A stretch of 64,000 nt of DNA from Azolla caroliniana. Its lineage: Eukaryota; Plantae; Polypodiophyta. The notes under the pieces are model-generated. The model was not told the DNA's origin and ran no database searches. It saw nothing but the letters and a program-made list of their open reading frames with translations. The DNA lies in assembly GCA_043228905.1 (NCBI GenBank), contig JBHGNT010000010.1, forward strand, positions 17,174,001 to 17,238,000. Direction: 5' to 3'. The position numbers and the translations under genes were made by a program. Below are positions 37,459 through 51,559 of the stretch, piece after piece. Positions within the stretch are counted from its first letter, which is position 1. Each line of letters opens with the position of its first letter.

Positions 37459-39737
37459 ATGGCGCAGAGCGAGATGTTCACGGTCTCTCATACAGTGGGA
37501 AGGGTCCTGTGCCCTGTATGTGGAGTTTCCATGGCTCCCAACCCCGCCAATATGTGTGTCTCTTGCCTCCGCACACAGGTTGACATCACAGAGGGTCTCC
37601 AGAAGAATGTCACCATCCTCTTCTGCCCAGAATGCGTCAGCTATTTGCATCCCCCTCGGACATGGATCAAAGCAGAGCTTGAATCGAAAGAGCTCCTCAC
37701 TTTCTGCGTCAAGAGACTGAAGAATATGAACAAGATCCGTCTAATCGATGCTGCGTTTGTGTGGACCGAACCTCACTCTAAGAGAGTGAAAGTCAAGCTG
37801 AAGATCCAGAAAGAGATCATGAATGGTGCAATCATGGAACAGAGCTATGTTGTTGAGTACGTCGTTGAAGATCATCTGTGTGAGAGTTGCTCTCGCGTTG
37901 CAGCGAATCCTGATCAGTGGATTGCCTCAGTTCAGGTTTGTTTTCTCCAAAGATGATTATTTATGGAACAGTCAAGTTTTTAGAGTGTGAAATATAATTT
38001 GTTTGCTCTGATCTTCAAATTAATTAGGCAACTAAATTTACAGTTGGACATGGACGTTTTAAATTTTGTTTGCACTTTCTTTAAGTTTCTGTGGAAAAAG
38101 AAATGAATCACCACTGAATTAATGTAAATTTTATTTTGCATTTGTAATATGTATTGGTACAACTTGATTGAATTAGCAGGGTTTTGCAATTTATTATTAA
38201 AAAAATTAAAATTTGGTTAGTTGTAATTTGTGCTTCTTCAAACTTAAAGAAACAATCACAATTGAATATGGGTACCTTTTTTTTCTCATTTGTGATATTG
38301 TTTTGGAAAGTTAATTGCAATTAGATTAGTGGAATTTGCATTCATATTTAGAAAAATCACAATCAGTTTAGTATGATTTGCTCTTGCATTATCTAAATGA
38401 AAACCACCCTTATAAATTGTGAAGTCTAAAGAAGAAAGAGTAATCTACCCATTCCACTTTGAGAAAACTTTAAAATATCATATTTCTATTCGATAAAAAA
38501 AATTCTCCTCAAAATTTCACCAAATTTCATAAGAAAGATTTTTCCTAAAACTTATTTTTGGCAAAATCGCTCTATACTTCCGACTGTCAAATTTCCTTCA
38601 AACTTATTTTGAACTTTGGCAAAATCTTTTGTTATTTTCCAAACACTGGAACTTCAGGTACGCCAAAAAGTCGACCACAAACGTACTTTTTTCTACCTAG
38701 AACAAGCTATTCTAAAGCATGGAGCTGCCTCTCAAGCAATCAATATAAAGCAAATCCATGATGGGGTAGATTTCTTCTTTTCAAGTAGAAGCCATGCTTT
38801 GAAACTTGTTGATTTTCTCGGTAATGTTACCCCTATCAAGAGTCGGAATGATAAACAACTAGTTTCTCATGATACGAAGAATAATAGCTATAATTATCGG
38901 TTCACTTTCTCGGTGGAAATTTGCCCTGTGTGTAAAGATGATCTTGTTTGTCTTCCACAAAAGGTAGCAGTCGGGCTTGGTAATCTGGGGCCTCTTGTAT
39001 TATGTGTTCGAGTCTCAAATACATTAATGTTTCTGGACCCATTAACGCTGAGAACAGCTTTTGTTGATGCAACCCAATATTGGAGAGCTCCTTACAAGTC
39101 TCTATTGAGTAGTCGACAACTTGTTGAATATGTGGTCTTGGATGTAGAAGATGTAGAGAGAGTACATGTAACACATGGCAAGTTCTCTTTGGCCCAAGTG
39201 CAAGTTGCTCGTATCTCAGATTTTGGGAAGAACGATCTTATATTTTCAGCTAAGACCCATTTGGGAAGACTACTGAGTCCTGGTGATTACGCCCTCGGAT
39301 ATGATCTCTATGGTGCAAACACAAATGATTTTGAGCTTGATAAGTACAAGAATTTAGTACTTCCTGATGTGGTACTTGTGAAGAAGAGCTATGAAGAGAA
39401 AAGACAGAAAAGGAGAGGTAAGCCAAGGCCATGGAAACTTAGAAATCTGCCTATGGAGGTGGATAATTATGGTAGGGGTAGGATGGATGAAGAAAAGAAA
39501 GCTGTGGAGTTTGAAAAGTTTATGGATGAACTTGAGGAGGATCCGGAGCTTCGTGCTAATGTTGCTTTGTATAAGAATGCGGATTATAGAGATCAATCTG
39601 AGATGGGTTCTATGACTGATGGAGAGGAGCCTCCATCTATACCGTTGGAAGAGCTGCTAGCTGACCTTCACCTGGAAGAAGGTAGTACACTTGCAAGTGA
39701 AGATGAGGATGAAGATGATGATATGGATGCTGTTTAG
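37459..39737 (+). CDS. NMD3: 60S ribosomal subunit export adaptor NMD3 (exons 37459-37935, 38658-39737; ~518 aa)
   Basis: CPVCG...NPANMCVSCLR, WIKAELESKELL, FVWTEPHSKR, ASVQ|VRQKVDHKRTFFYLEQAILKH and an acidic C-terminus; phase-0 GT-AG intron 37936-38657. Confidence 0.97.
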
Positions 39738-41639
39738 TGAGGTGTTTTTTAAGCACAAGTAAATGATACAATATGGGTATCTGTTGTATAACAATGGAAG
39801 GTATGGATGTCACGTAGGGAGTTTTTGCAAGTAATGATCGCACAAGATGGCAAATTTCAGTGTATGAAGATGAAGGTATGGATTTAGTGAGCTTTTGAAT
39901 GAAGTCAAAAGAACTGATGATACAAGACGGGTGATTTTGATGCACGGTATCTAAATGCAAATTTCCCATAGCTGAAAGTGGAAATGGATATTTGGCAAAA
40001 TGCATTTTAGTAGGGAAGAGAAACATATTAGCAATCTAAATTTACGTTTATATTCACTCCAGCTTGAGATACTGAGTATTTCTCTCTGGTGGATGCGGTT
40101 GACAAAATGTAATAAAGAGGTTTTGATGGATTATATAATCTTATCTTCAGCAACAGAAGTTTTTTAATATGCTTCCTATTCAAGGATTCATGTATATTGT
40201 TTGCCATCTTTTGCCATTGTGTTCGCTCTCCATGTATATGCTTGTGAAATATATTAGAAATTTTCGTCACTGTCGTTGTAGCACTAGATCTGTTAATATA
40301 TTTCATCTCACTGTTGTCATTTGAAAGCTCATCTGGCCCTCCATGAAAAGGTGACAAATTTGAAGTGTTAGGTTTATTTGCCATACTTGTATTCAATTTA
40401 TTAGTTTATTAGTTTCTGATCTTAGATATATGTACAAGTGTGTATCCATTTAAGTGTGGCATTCTATTAAATGCACTTCTTGTGGAGGCGAAAATCTTGA
40501 TGATTTTTTTTACAATTTTTCATGACAAAATTACATTAAACCAAATTGAAATCATGTAACTCAAAAATAATGATATCATCAACAGAAATCAGATTTCCAA
40601 GTCTCTCTATTTCATGCCAAAATCATGTTCCAAACATTCAAAACCATAGATATCATCAATAGAAATCAGATTTCAAGTCTTTCTCCATTTCATATCAAAA
40701 TCATGCAAGATCATTTGCCTATTGTTTTGAAAAAAACTCAATTTTATCAATTTGTAATTACATTGTTTGGAAACTAGTGTTGCATTCTGAAATTTATGTT
40801 ACATTGAGGAAACATGCTTCATAGTATGTAAAAACCTTCACATTTGGAGATATAATCAGGCAATGATTCAAGCCACAATGTGGGAGCAATTAGAGTGGTT
40901 GATCGCTGTTGTTGGAGCATTTAGAGTGGTTGTGGGGGTCGAGCTATCTTCAATGATGTAGAAAGAAACATTTTGTTAAAACAAAACACATAAAAAACCT
41001 AAATGTGTAGCTCAATTAAGTGATCACTTTCCCCCAAGATCAAATTGCACACTTAATTGAATGCCGATTGTGTGCCTAACTTCTCAACCATCCATTCTCT
41101 ATTTAAGCTCCAAAGTCACCAAAATAGTCTTTAAAGTTGCTTCATTGCTTGTCTTTGGATTAAGTGATCATAATTCTCATTTTTGGCCCGATTAACATTG
41201 ACCTCTCTGTAATTGACACTCTGATCAACAAGTTGTCGTGTTAAATATTCATAGATTTAGAATGCCTTGCTATATTTCTCTAGATATTGTGAGAATGAAT
41301 GATGATCTATGCATGCATGGTACCACTACCTTTGGTAGTTTGACAAATGAGAAGGGAATTTTTGTGTCCCAATTTAAGCTTTAGAATAGCTTTTTGAGGT
41401 AACACTAAATGATTCTACTAGATTTTCATCTTCACTTATTGCACGTGTATTTGCCTCCGACATTCTCAAAATGAGAGAGGGGTGAAATTCTACTTCATTC
41501 AAGTGGCGCACATGCATCTCTAGCATATGTACTCCGCATGTTGAAGCAGCTTGCAGAAAGCGAAAAGGCAAAAGCCCATAAATAAATAAAAACACGAACA
41601 AGTGTTTGTATTCCTTTTTGGGTGTCTCTCTTTCGATTG

Positions 41640-42127
41640 AGAGCTCGCACATTCACAAATGGGTGATCTTTTGTAGCGATAGCATGTCTATTTGAGCTAG
41701 TGCACAAGCACGCATCCACAATATAGGCGAGCTTCTGCGGTGAATCTAGTTTTGTTTGAGCTTAGTAAATAATGCACACACACATCTAGAAATGGGCGAG
41801 CTTCCAGAGTGCCACCGATTCTGTTCGAGCTCAATAAACACACCCACACATCCAAGACTGGGTGAGCTTCCGAAGCGCCATCGGTTTTGTTTGAGTTCAC
41901 ATGCACATGCACATAGGGCACACACCCATCCACGAATGGGCGAGGTTTCATGGTGCCAACTGTTTGTTTCAGATTGGACTTGCACATGGCACGCACGCAC
42001 GCACGAATGGGTGAGCTTCAGAAGCGATACCAGTCATGATCTCTCACATGCGCACGCGCACACGCACACACGCACACGCACACGCACACGCACGCACCCA
42101 CACACGCACACAAACGGGTGGGCGTCC
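41640..42127. repeat. Degenerate tandem array of ~7 units (mostly 65-78 bp) upstream of COQ8
   Basis: Anchor AATGGGYGAGCTTC-like motif at ~41658, 41723, 41791, 41857, 41935, 42006 and 42113, generally followed by a tttgag-like block and a CA-rich tract. Confidence 0.7.
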
Positions 42128-42165
42128 CCCCCACCTGCAAGGAGAGCCTCTGCCCCCTTTGTTGG

Positions 42166-42237
42166 TGCCACGTGGCAGAGCCTCGCTGTGACACGTGGAG
42201 GCAAGCCAGGGCCGCCACGTCGCCTGATGACGTGGCG
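42166..42237. promoter_or_regulatory. Cluster of four ACGT-core G-box/ABRE-like motifs
   Basis: TGCCACGTGGCA (42166-42177), ACACGTGG (42191-42198), GCCACGTC (42214-42221) and GACGTGGC (42229-42236), 115-185 bp upstream of the COQ8 ATG. Confidence 0.5.
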
Positions 42238-42351
42238 CGGCGTCGTTGGGAAGCCGCAAAACCCCAGAGCCGAAGCCGGAGCCGTCGGTCTTCTGCTTCT
42301 GCTTCTGCTTCCAACGACAGGAGGACGTCTCAGAAGAGGAGGTAGGCGGCC

Positions 42352-45300
42352 ATGGCGAGCTCGCGTCTGCAGGACGCTGCTCGGACGTTGACAGGCTTGG
42401 CTATGGTGGCTCGAGAAGCTGCTACCACATCCAGAACCCTAAACCACCATCCTCCCCTTCGATCCTCTTCTTCTCCTTCCGTCTCCGACTTCCCCGCGTT
42501 CCTTTCTTCTTCCCTCTCTCGTCTCCTCCTCTCTGCAGGTGATGTCTTTGGCATCACACGTGGCACCCCTCGCTCTCCATCTTCTGCATTGGATCCCCAT
42601 GGGAATGGAAGGCTCCGACCCTCTCCTGCAGATCCACCTCCTCCTCCTCCTCCTCCTCCTCCTCCTGAAACATCTGTTTCGCTGAAAGTTATAGAAGGAG
42701 AAGAATTCGATGCTCCGCAGAGCATTCCTGAGAACGTTCCTTCTCCGAACATTTCGGACACAGTTTCTAAGTCTTCGTCAGTTTCTTCTTCTGTCAATGA
42801 AATCGTCCTTCCTTCAGAGAGATACCATGGAAAGGAAGAGATTATATTACCAAAAGGTATGTATGAAACTTCCATTTGACTTGAAGTTATGTTTGCGGCT
42901 AACTTTGAGCAGCCCCATCAATGCTAGAAAAAGAAACAATTATATATTTTTCCTTTACTAGAATGTTGCATCTAAAATGTGGTAAGAGCTTTGAGCAGCC
43001 CCATCAGTGCTAGAAAAAGAAACATATATATATATATATATATTTCCTTTACCAGAATATTGTATCTAAAATGTGGTAAGTCTTTCGTCTAAAGTTGTTG
43101 AATTTAGCGAAATCTCCCTATATTTGTTGAGATTATTTATGGATTGATAATCAATATTTGACGTTTTTTATTCTAAAAGCATCCCTCAATGTTTGCTAAA
43201 ACGTTTCATAAATTCAGACGTATCTGAAAAATTAGAAAGTTTTTGTTCTAATACAACCCTCCAAATCTTATTTCTTCTAAAACATCTCACTCTCAATGAT
43301 GTACTTTCAATGAGTTCAAAATGTAACCACTGATAGTGTTTCATGGAAGCATGAAGAAGATTACACTAAAAATAATTGATTCTGTATTAACATTTGCTTT
43401 TGAATGTAGCCACTGATAGTGTTTCACAGAAGCATCACGATAATGCTACAAAGGTTATACTGGAAGATGAGCAGATTTTGAATTCTTCCACGACAAATAC
43501 CACAGTGAATACTGTGCTGCCTCCTACTCCTGCAAAACGAAGGCCGCGTGAGCGAAGAGTTCCCTCAACACCTCTTGGAAGAGCTTTTGGGTATGTCTTT
43601 AACAAAGTCTTTTTTTTTACAATAAATTGGGCAATAGAAATTTGTTGTGCTCGTCGGCCCCAACCATTTGAACTATGGCTCCGTCACTATTGTCATTGAT
43701 AGATAAAGGCCATAATCACCCAGCACCAAAGGTATCTTATATATATATATTTGGATTGTTCTCAAAGTCGAGAGATACAACCTTTTAAGATGAAATCTCT
43801 CATTTAGTCTCATAAGCCATTGCCTTGAGAGATGCCAAATCTGTTGGATAGAAGTCATTAATAGAGAATATTACCTCGGTCAAGAGTAGGACTGCTCCTA
43901 TCTTAGCTCAGAGTTTCTCATGGGGCATGATGATTTGCTAAGTAGCATGCAGGCAATTATGGAGATGAAAGGTGTCTCAAAATTTTCTCCAGTTATGTGC
44001 CATTAAAGGATTGGTTCCCAACATTTTACCCCATAGGGAAGAGTTGATCTTACAAGGTATCAAACCAACATAATTTTGTCCATCGTTCTTGGATCTGTAT
44101 ATGTGTGCATTGTCTTTCAAGAGGACATAGTTTTCCATATCCACGAGAAAGCTGAGCCTAGCAACTGTCCATAGGAAGAAGAGAGGCTTTGTTAACAGTT
44201 ACTGCAATATGATACTTGGTGAGGTGGATTCCTCATGATGGGGCAGAAATGAACTTTTATGATGGATGGAAAGCCCTAGAGAAACCCTTGGTGGTGATGA
44301 TAGTATGAGTGATCATGATCAAGCCTTCAATATGACATGGAATTATCAGATCAGAACTGCAACTGCACCAGTTGTTCACTAAAGGCTTCTTCCAACTGCT
44401 CAGGTTTCTGTAGAGATTGTGGGAAGTAGCCCAATGAAGGTTGTCATGGTTGGCACTTCACTCATCAAAGAAACTAGATTGAGAAGGAGATGCATGGGTT
44501 GCTATGCACAATTGAGTAGCTGGCTGAAACTTAATGGCATTGAAATTGATGATTTTCCTATTGCAGACAATAATGTTATGCCATTTCTTTCATGAGAGGT
44601 ATTTATGTAAAGATAGAACTCCATAGGTTCGAGATCCCTGGCCTTAAACTGAGGCTTGAGGTCCTGGTCTGTCAGTTTGACGTATTTTCTTAGCCTGAAA
44701 CTGGGGTGTAACATGAAAAATTTGTTTCCTGTGTGGCCAATGGAATTACCATATTCACCTGTTTGACTCTACAGGAAATATTCATTTCCTATCATCAAAA
44801 TTGTGGTTTTTGCAATTTGGTTTTGTAATTATTTCATCAGTTGTGTTTTAATTATTTTGCCCTCAATTCTGGTTCTTTGCTTGCTACTTTGTCTGTCGTT
44901 CTATTAAATTTTGTTTTGATGTTTTTCCCCAATAACAATAATTGGAAGCAACCATGAGTGTGATGTGTATGTATATTAGATCAAGCTCCTTTCAATATCT
45001 ACTCAATGTTCTACAAAGAGGCTATAGCCCCGATTTCCCCCAACCCATGGAACACAGACATCTAGGACTTCATCTGATGGGAAAACTAAGATCATAATGA
45101 TTATGGGGATGTCGAGGTTTCCCATGGGAAGATAGATGATGGTGATTTTCAATTAGGGCTAGATTTTTATGAGATCTATCATCTATTGTTGATTCTATCT
45201 ATTTAAATGTACTGGAATTTGGCATATATGATGTGCCATTTATACATTGATGTATTTTCCAATTTCTCATCTTTGTTCAAGGATTTTTATATCCAGCTAT

Positions 45301-48300
45301 CTTATATTCAATGTAAATTATTTTGATATAATGAGATGAGAGTTGCATGGGGAGAATGATGATGATGATTGTCCATGCTGTCTTCTTACATCTTGCAGCT
45401 TTGCTAGACTTGGAGCAGGTATCGCGCTAGGCACATTCCAGGAATCAGCAAAAAGGTTATGGGGAGGACAAGATCGTTCACAAAACCAACAATTTGCTTT
45501 TTCACCTTTCATCAATGAGCAGAATGCTGAGAGATTGGCACTTGGTCTATGTCGAATGCGAGGTGCTGCCCTAAAACTTGGCCAAATGCTTAGCATCCAA
45601 GATGAATCATTACTTCCACCTCAAGTAATCTAACACGTCCTTCCAAATAGTATTTAAATACATGCTCAGAACACTATATATCATCATTAGTTTATATGTA
45701 GATATGAACTTTTTTTTACAGTCTTTGACTTATCTCCAGTGCTTTTCAAAAGTTCGCCCAATTTATTGCTTGATTTTCTTTTCTGGATGACTAACCGGAC
45801 TTCAGATTTCTCTTTCTGATCTGGTTTTTCGTTTTTGATCTTTACATCTGTAGATGTATTAATGTAGAAAAATGTTTATTATATTTCTAGTTTACTATAA
45901 GGTGTAATATACTCTGCATGCCCAAAAAGGCATGCAATTCTTATGTTTGTAAATATACCCCTGTATCCAAATTTGGGTGTCTAACTAATTCATCAGCAAA
46001 GAGTTTTTTGTTTGACTCAAGTTGTGGGAATAATGATACCATGCCTCAGTTAGAAATGAGATCTTCTTTAATTTATGTGTGTTTTTGTTGTATAATCATT
46101 TTTTGGCTTCTGGATATGGCAGGTGCTTGCTGCTCTTGAGACAGTTCGACAAGGTGCAGATGTTATGCCGAAACGCCAGTTGCAGCGAGTCATAGCAAGT
46201 GAATTAGGGCCAGATTGGCGGTCTAAGTTAGCTAGTTTTGATGATGAACCAATGGCAGCTGCAAGCATAGGCCAGGTACACCAAATTCAGCCATTTGAAC
46301 CCATGATCATCCAGAAATAAGGTTAAGTGCCTTCAGCATATGAATTAGTGATATTTCAGGATTTAGTGTCACCGTCCTTGATGGACCAGAAAAGCACTCG
46401 GCTCCTTGACGACTAGATAGAGCTCAAACAGTCTGAGTTTGTCTTCCATTACGTATTCCATCAATTGACCTTTCCTTCCTCCTTCCGTAGCCATGTTGCT
46501 TGTGACTCTGTTTACAGAGTTCTTGTTTAATATGTTTTGACGGAGATTTGCTATCCTTAGAAGTCCTAATATGTTTTGCCTTAATATATTTAAAAGCTTA
46601 ATGCCTTTCTTCGAAATTGGGTTGGAGCTATGCGCTTTTCTCTAGGCCTCAAAATCCCACATGTGCAGATCTAAAATATCAATAGATCTTCAACTCCATG
46701 CATACATGTAAATCCTGTCAGTATCTATGCTGTGCAGTCTTCCTTTCTTTTCCCGCTGTAATGCTTTCTCTTGTCTTCAGAACCCCAATTATGGAGATCT
46801 AATATGTCAATACATCTTTCACTCAATTACATATATTGAAACCCTGTCAGTGTCTCCATATGCTATGCAACTTTCCCTTCCTTTCCCTCTTCTGTCTTTC
46901 TTCTTGCTTCATGTCAATGTAGATATTACCTAGGATGATGTCATCTTGGGAAGTTCAAATTGATTTTAGGATGATGGCAAAAAGATTCCTATAGATGTTA
47001 AATCCAAGTTGGTATTTGAAGCCGAGCAAGACATCAATGATGTCATTGATGTTGACAAGGCAAACCTGGAAGACAGGAAACTCTTTTCAATACTGGTTGC
47101 GAAAATTTAGAAAACCTCAAATTCAAAAACCACCTCGCATCGCTTATCTTTAATCATCTACTTAATAGTTAGGTATGTCGGCATCATGATTGGAATGAAG
47201 AAAGGAAATTGAAGTATAATATCTAGTCTTTATATCAAATAGAGCTATTAAGGAAAGGTAATCTGGATATCGGTAGGTCTTGATAAGTACAAGACAACAC
47301 ATGCACAGATGTATAGTTTGGATAACAATTGGTGTATATTTGCGAATTGCACATCAAGCTAGAACATGGACACCATTGATATTCTTTTATTAACTCTCTA
47401 TTTTTGTATTCGGTTTAATTTGTTGTTTGGTTCTATTTATACTACACCATTTGCAGATTAATCACTTGTTAGGTTGGATAGGCCATTATGTCTTCTTAAG
47501 ATACTTCAGCTATCAGACATTATACAGATCTCACGTTGATGTTATTTTTTTAGTCTCATAGGTTATTTGGCCCTGTCAGGACACTGATTCAATATCTGAT
47601 TAAATTTGGTTTTGTGCAGGAAAAGGTTTCAAATGGAAATAAATGGTTGACTGCATGATTGAAATTCTGTTTGGGCATGCTTGTTCTGTTAGCAAAAGTC
47701 GATCAATTGTAGATAATAAGAGTATAAAATTTTAGGGAACAAAAATTAAGTCCTTGCGCTGTATATCTCCAAAACACCATAGTTAGATGGTGTTAGATGC
47801 CAAAATTTAACCATTGTGGATGTAGTTAGATACCAAATTTTAACCATCTCCAAAGAACTGTACATCTGTTTCCTACATTGCAAGTTACATATAAAGGGTT
47901 TCCTTTTCATTACACTTGAAGAAAATCCATTTTTGACTGGAAATCCTGTTGCTGTTTGTTTAGGTACATAAAGCTGTGTTAAAAGATGGCATGGAGGTGG
48001 CCATGAAAATACAATACCCAGGTGTAGCGCAAAGCATTGACAGTGACATTGAAAATGTTCGTCGGCTTTTGGAATTTACAAATTTACTTCCAAAGGGTTT
48101 ATATTTAGAGCAAGCCATGAAGGTACATCCGATAATGAAAAATGCATAATTATTGGATTTTAATTATTGGATTTTAAGCAATGTGTAGAAATTTTGTCAG
48201 AACTGATTACCCTGAGGTGATAAAGCCAATTTTAACAATAAGTGATGCCATAATATTAATTGATTTCGTGAATAAAGTCTATTTCATAAGAAGAAAATGA

Positions 48301-50147
48301 TCTGATATGCATATTGTCAAAAGTATACTGTTGTCTCAACTAATGGGATCTAATAAGAAACCAAAATGAAACCTGACTTCGCAATTCTTGATCTTCAGAA
48401 TGGTTGTTCCTGGAAAGCATTTTTTCTCTTCATACATATCTGACTATTCCACTCAAAATGGGCCTGATTTGTAGGTTGCTAAAGAAGAACTGGCAAGAGA
48501 ATGTGATTACATTCTAGAAGCTGCTAGTCAAATGAGATTTCAGCAGCTTGTTGAACAAGAGAAGGGAATATATGTACCAAAAGTAGTCTCTGAATTTTCT
48601 AGCAAACGGGTGCTTACAACAGAACTTGTACCAGGTAAGAATAGAGTATCATTAAACTTTATCTGTATTCTTTCTTTTTTCTTTCTTTTTTTGTTATTGA
48701 ACATGTAGTGAGTGAGCAGGTGTTTCGATTGACAAGGTATCCAAAATGAGTCAGTCTACCAGGAATAGTGTCGGGAGACGTTTATTACACCTCACCTTGC
48801 AAGAACTCTTTGTTCATCGTTTTATGCAGGTAAATATCATCTGTTATTCTTAAGCCTTGTAATAAGTTTCCAATAGATGTAACTTTTTATGCTGTATTAG
48901 ATATCATGCAAAAAGAGAAGGAAGAAAAAAATTATGTTTATGGGAAAATAGGATATGATTCTTAATAGTTCTCAGATAATTAATGAATGATCGTCAAGAA
49001 TTGCAATTGCGAGCATTACCTCTAATTGCTACTGTTCATATAATAGGTAGCTCAGTTTGGCAATATCTTACATGTGAATAAATTTCATATAAACAATGCA
49101 GACGTCAGGTACATAGAGGAAGTCATTTAATATTTGTCTTTACTTGTATTTGCAGACGGATCCTAATTGGAGCAATTTTCTTTATGATGAAGCCAACGAT
49201 ACAATTAACCTGATTGATTTTGGAGCTGCAAGAGAATATCCAAAACATTTTGTTGATAACTACTTGAAAATGGTTCTCTCCCTTGCTAATTTATTTATTA
49301 TTTATTTCTCTGCAGAAAGTCTCTTTCTCTCTCTCATGTTAAGGAATAACTTATATTGCAGTAAAACTTTCTTTACAAGTCATTCTTCTAAGTTTGGTCT
49401 GTAGAATTGCTGTGAACCATATTCATGAAATAACTCTACAAGATTGACAAAAACAAATGTATAAGTACTCAGTGATGTGGATCATATTGTCGCTATACTA
49501 AGAGTGGTCTATGACAGAGAGGGTTTGTCTTTTCAGAGTTTTTAGCGTCTGTAAAGAGACATTAGTCCAGGGAAGTAGCATTATCAACGTCATAGGAGTG
49601 TCCTGTTGCCATATTACCATCTCTTTCACTTTCTTCAAGGCAACCACGAGGTCTGCTCCACTGGCAAGGTTGCCAGATCTTCTGGTTAAGTTTTGGAAAT
49701 GTGGAGGGAATTCAAACAAATAAACTTGTAAAAAACAGCCCTTATTGATCTGTTTCCATGAATATGCAGGTATATGCGTGTGCAAACCAAGACAGGGAGA
49801 ACGTCATCGATTTGTCATGTAAACTCGGTTTTCTCACTGGAGAGGAATCAATGACGATGCTCAATGCACATTGTGAAGCTGCTTTTGTGGTAGGACTACC
49901 CTTCTCTCAACCAGGAGGATTTGATTTCCATACATCAAACCTCACCAAAAGAGTGTCAGAATTGGGTGCTGAAATGTTGAGACATCGTCTAACACCACCA
50001 CCCGAGGAAGCTTACAGTCTACACAGGAAACTATCTGGAGCGTTTTTAGCTTGCATTAAACTACAGGCTGTAGTCCCTTGTCGAGAATTATTTCTTGAAG
50101 TTTATAGCCAGCATGAGAACTCGGACGAAAAAGATGGTGCCAATTGA
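42352..50147 (+). CDS. COQ8: Mitochondrial ABC1/COQ8 atypical kinase (UbiB family), ~662 aa; exons 42352-42856, 43410-43590, 45399-45624, 46123-46275, 47964-48122, 48475-48634, 48720-48829, 49156-49272, 49770-50147
   Basis: [27 protein letters not shown] (KxGQ), [35 protein letters not shown] and [22 protein letters not shown]; all eight introns are GT-AG and exon phases are consistent. Confidence 0.95.
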
Positions 50148-51559
50148 AGTTTCCTATCATTACCTCAAACTATAGCCGATACATTCAATCATTCGTAGTA
50201 TACGTGGGAATGAAATAACAATTTACCTTGCATGTGAAATAAGCGAATAAAGATGGCATTTCAAGCATGCCTGATGAAAACCAAGCTCGATACCATGGGA
50301 GAAAAACGAGCCGGATTATCAAAAAATTTCATTCACATAGACATATATTCCCATATATTCATTCGAACTAACCTGTTCAAAGTTTTCATTCACATTGACC
50401 TACATTTCTTTTCAATTGATTCAATCATCCTTCTCATCAATAATGGAAGTGCTTAGACGCTGTTTGTACAGCCCTTTCTCCCATTGTATCGTCCTTTTGG
50501 GTTGATGAATAGTGACATGGCTTAGGTTGTATATGAGAAAATATATGATTTATTTTGTAACTACGGGAAAAGATACAATTTTTCAGAAAAGATAAAACGT
50601 CAGAGTTCCCTTTCCCATTATGGCTATTCTTTTGGTTGAAGCAATTTCATTTGATGTGAACTTTTATTATTTGTTCTAAATTTTTTGCAAATGTATAATC
50701 TTTGAATCAAATAATGTATACAATGATGTGGAAGGAATCCAAACATTATAATATAGTTATTATTATGTGAGCAAATTATGTCCATTGTGGTGGATCCATT
50801 ATGCTTGAAGTAGGGTGCATTGACATGGATGGATGGATATGGATCATCCGAAGGTGGATGTATAATAACTCGTATTGATTCTAACTTTCATATGAAATAA
50901 CGGTAACATATTAAGAAGTATAAGATGACTTGAGATTGTTTTTGAGCTAAATTCCAAGTCACTCTGAATATTTGCATCTTTGAATGTCTATTTGAATGTG
51001 AATAGTTGCAAATGGTGGATTTGTATCATATTCATATGGTGTGTGTGTGTGTGTGTGTGCTTAGCCAAAACCTGCTATATATTATTTGACCTTGTTCACA
51101 CTACGAAAGAAGAAAAACAAACATTGGTCATTTGTGGCTCATTTATAGTTTGTAGTCATACATAAGTGCATGTTTCGACATGTTAAATACATGGGAATAG
51201 TAGATTAGATTCACTATTTACCTTTATATGGCAGGTGTATCTTCCTCGAAAACAAAATTAGGGCAACGGCTTCTGAAAAAATTAAAAACACATATATTGG
51301 CCTTATCTAGATGATTATGCGATGTAATAGCATTTGAATTTTGAATGACTAAAAATGGATGTGATGTTTATTCCCGTATTCCACAATATAAACTAGCTTT
51401 AAGGTATGGTAGCTCAATGAGATCCTTGTAAATATTCATTCACGTTCCTTCTTGTTATAAAGTTTTCTTGTAGGTGTACTCGTGAACTACCATGTGGTTT
51501 TAGCACTTCATCAAGTTCAACTATGACCTAAAGCCACCACATCAAGTTTAAGCATGGCT

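Noticed and set aside
41640-42127. CRISPR-like repeat-spacer appearance of the anchor array
   Set aside because: Eukaryotic context, no cas genes, degenerate anchors, and linkers that are homologous to each other; it is a diverged tandem repeat.
41756-42542. 211-aa ORF and neighbouring ORFs upstream of COQ8
   Set aside because: Run through the tandem array and CA repeats and overlap the true gene start; no protein-like features.
43690-44300. Possible PPR-like debris in COQ8 intron 2
   Set aside because: Only isolated words (GIKP, KALE); no complete repeat is readable.
47585-47605. Short U2 snRNA-like word (aatatctgat)
   Set aside because: Only ~10 nt match; no branch-point recognition sequence or Sm-site context.
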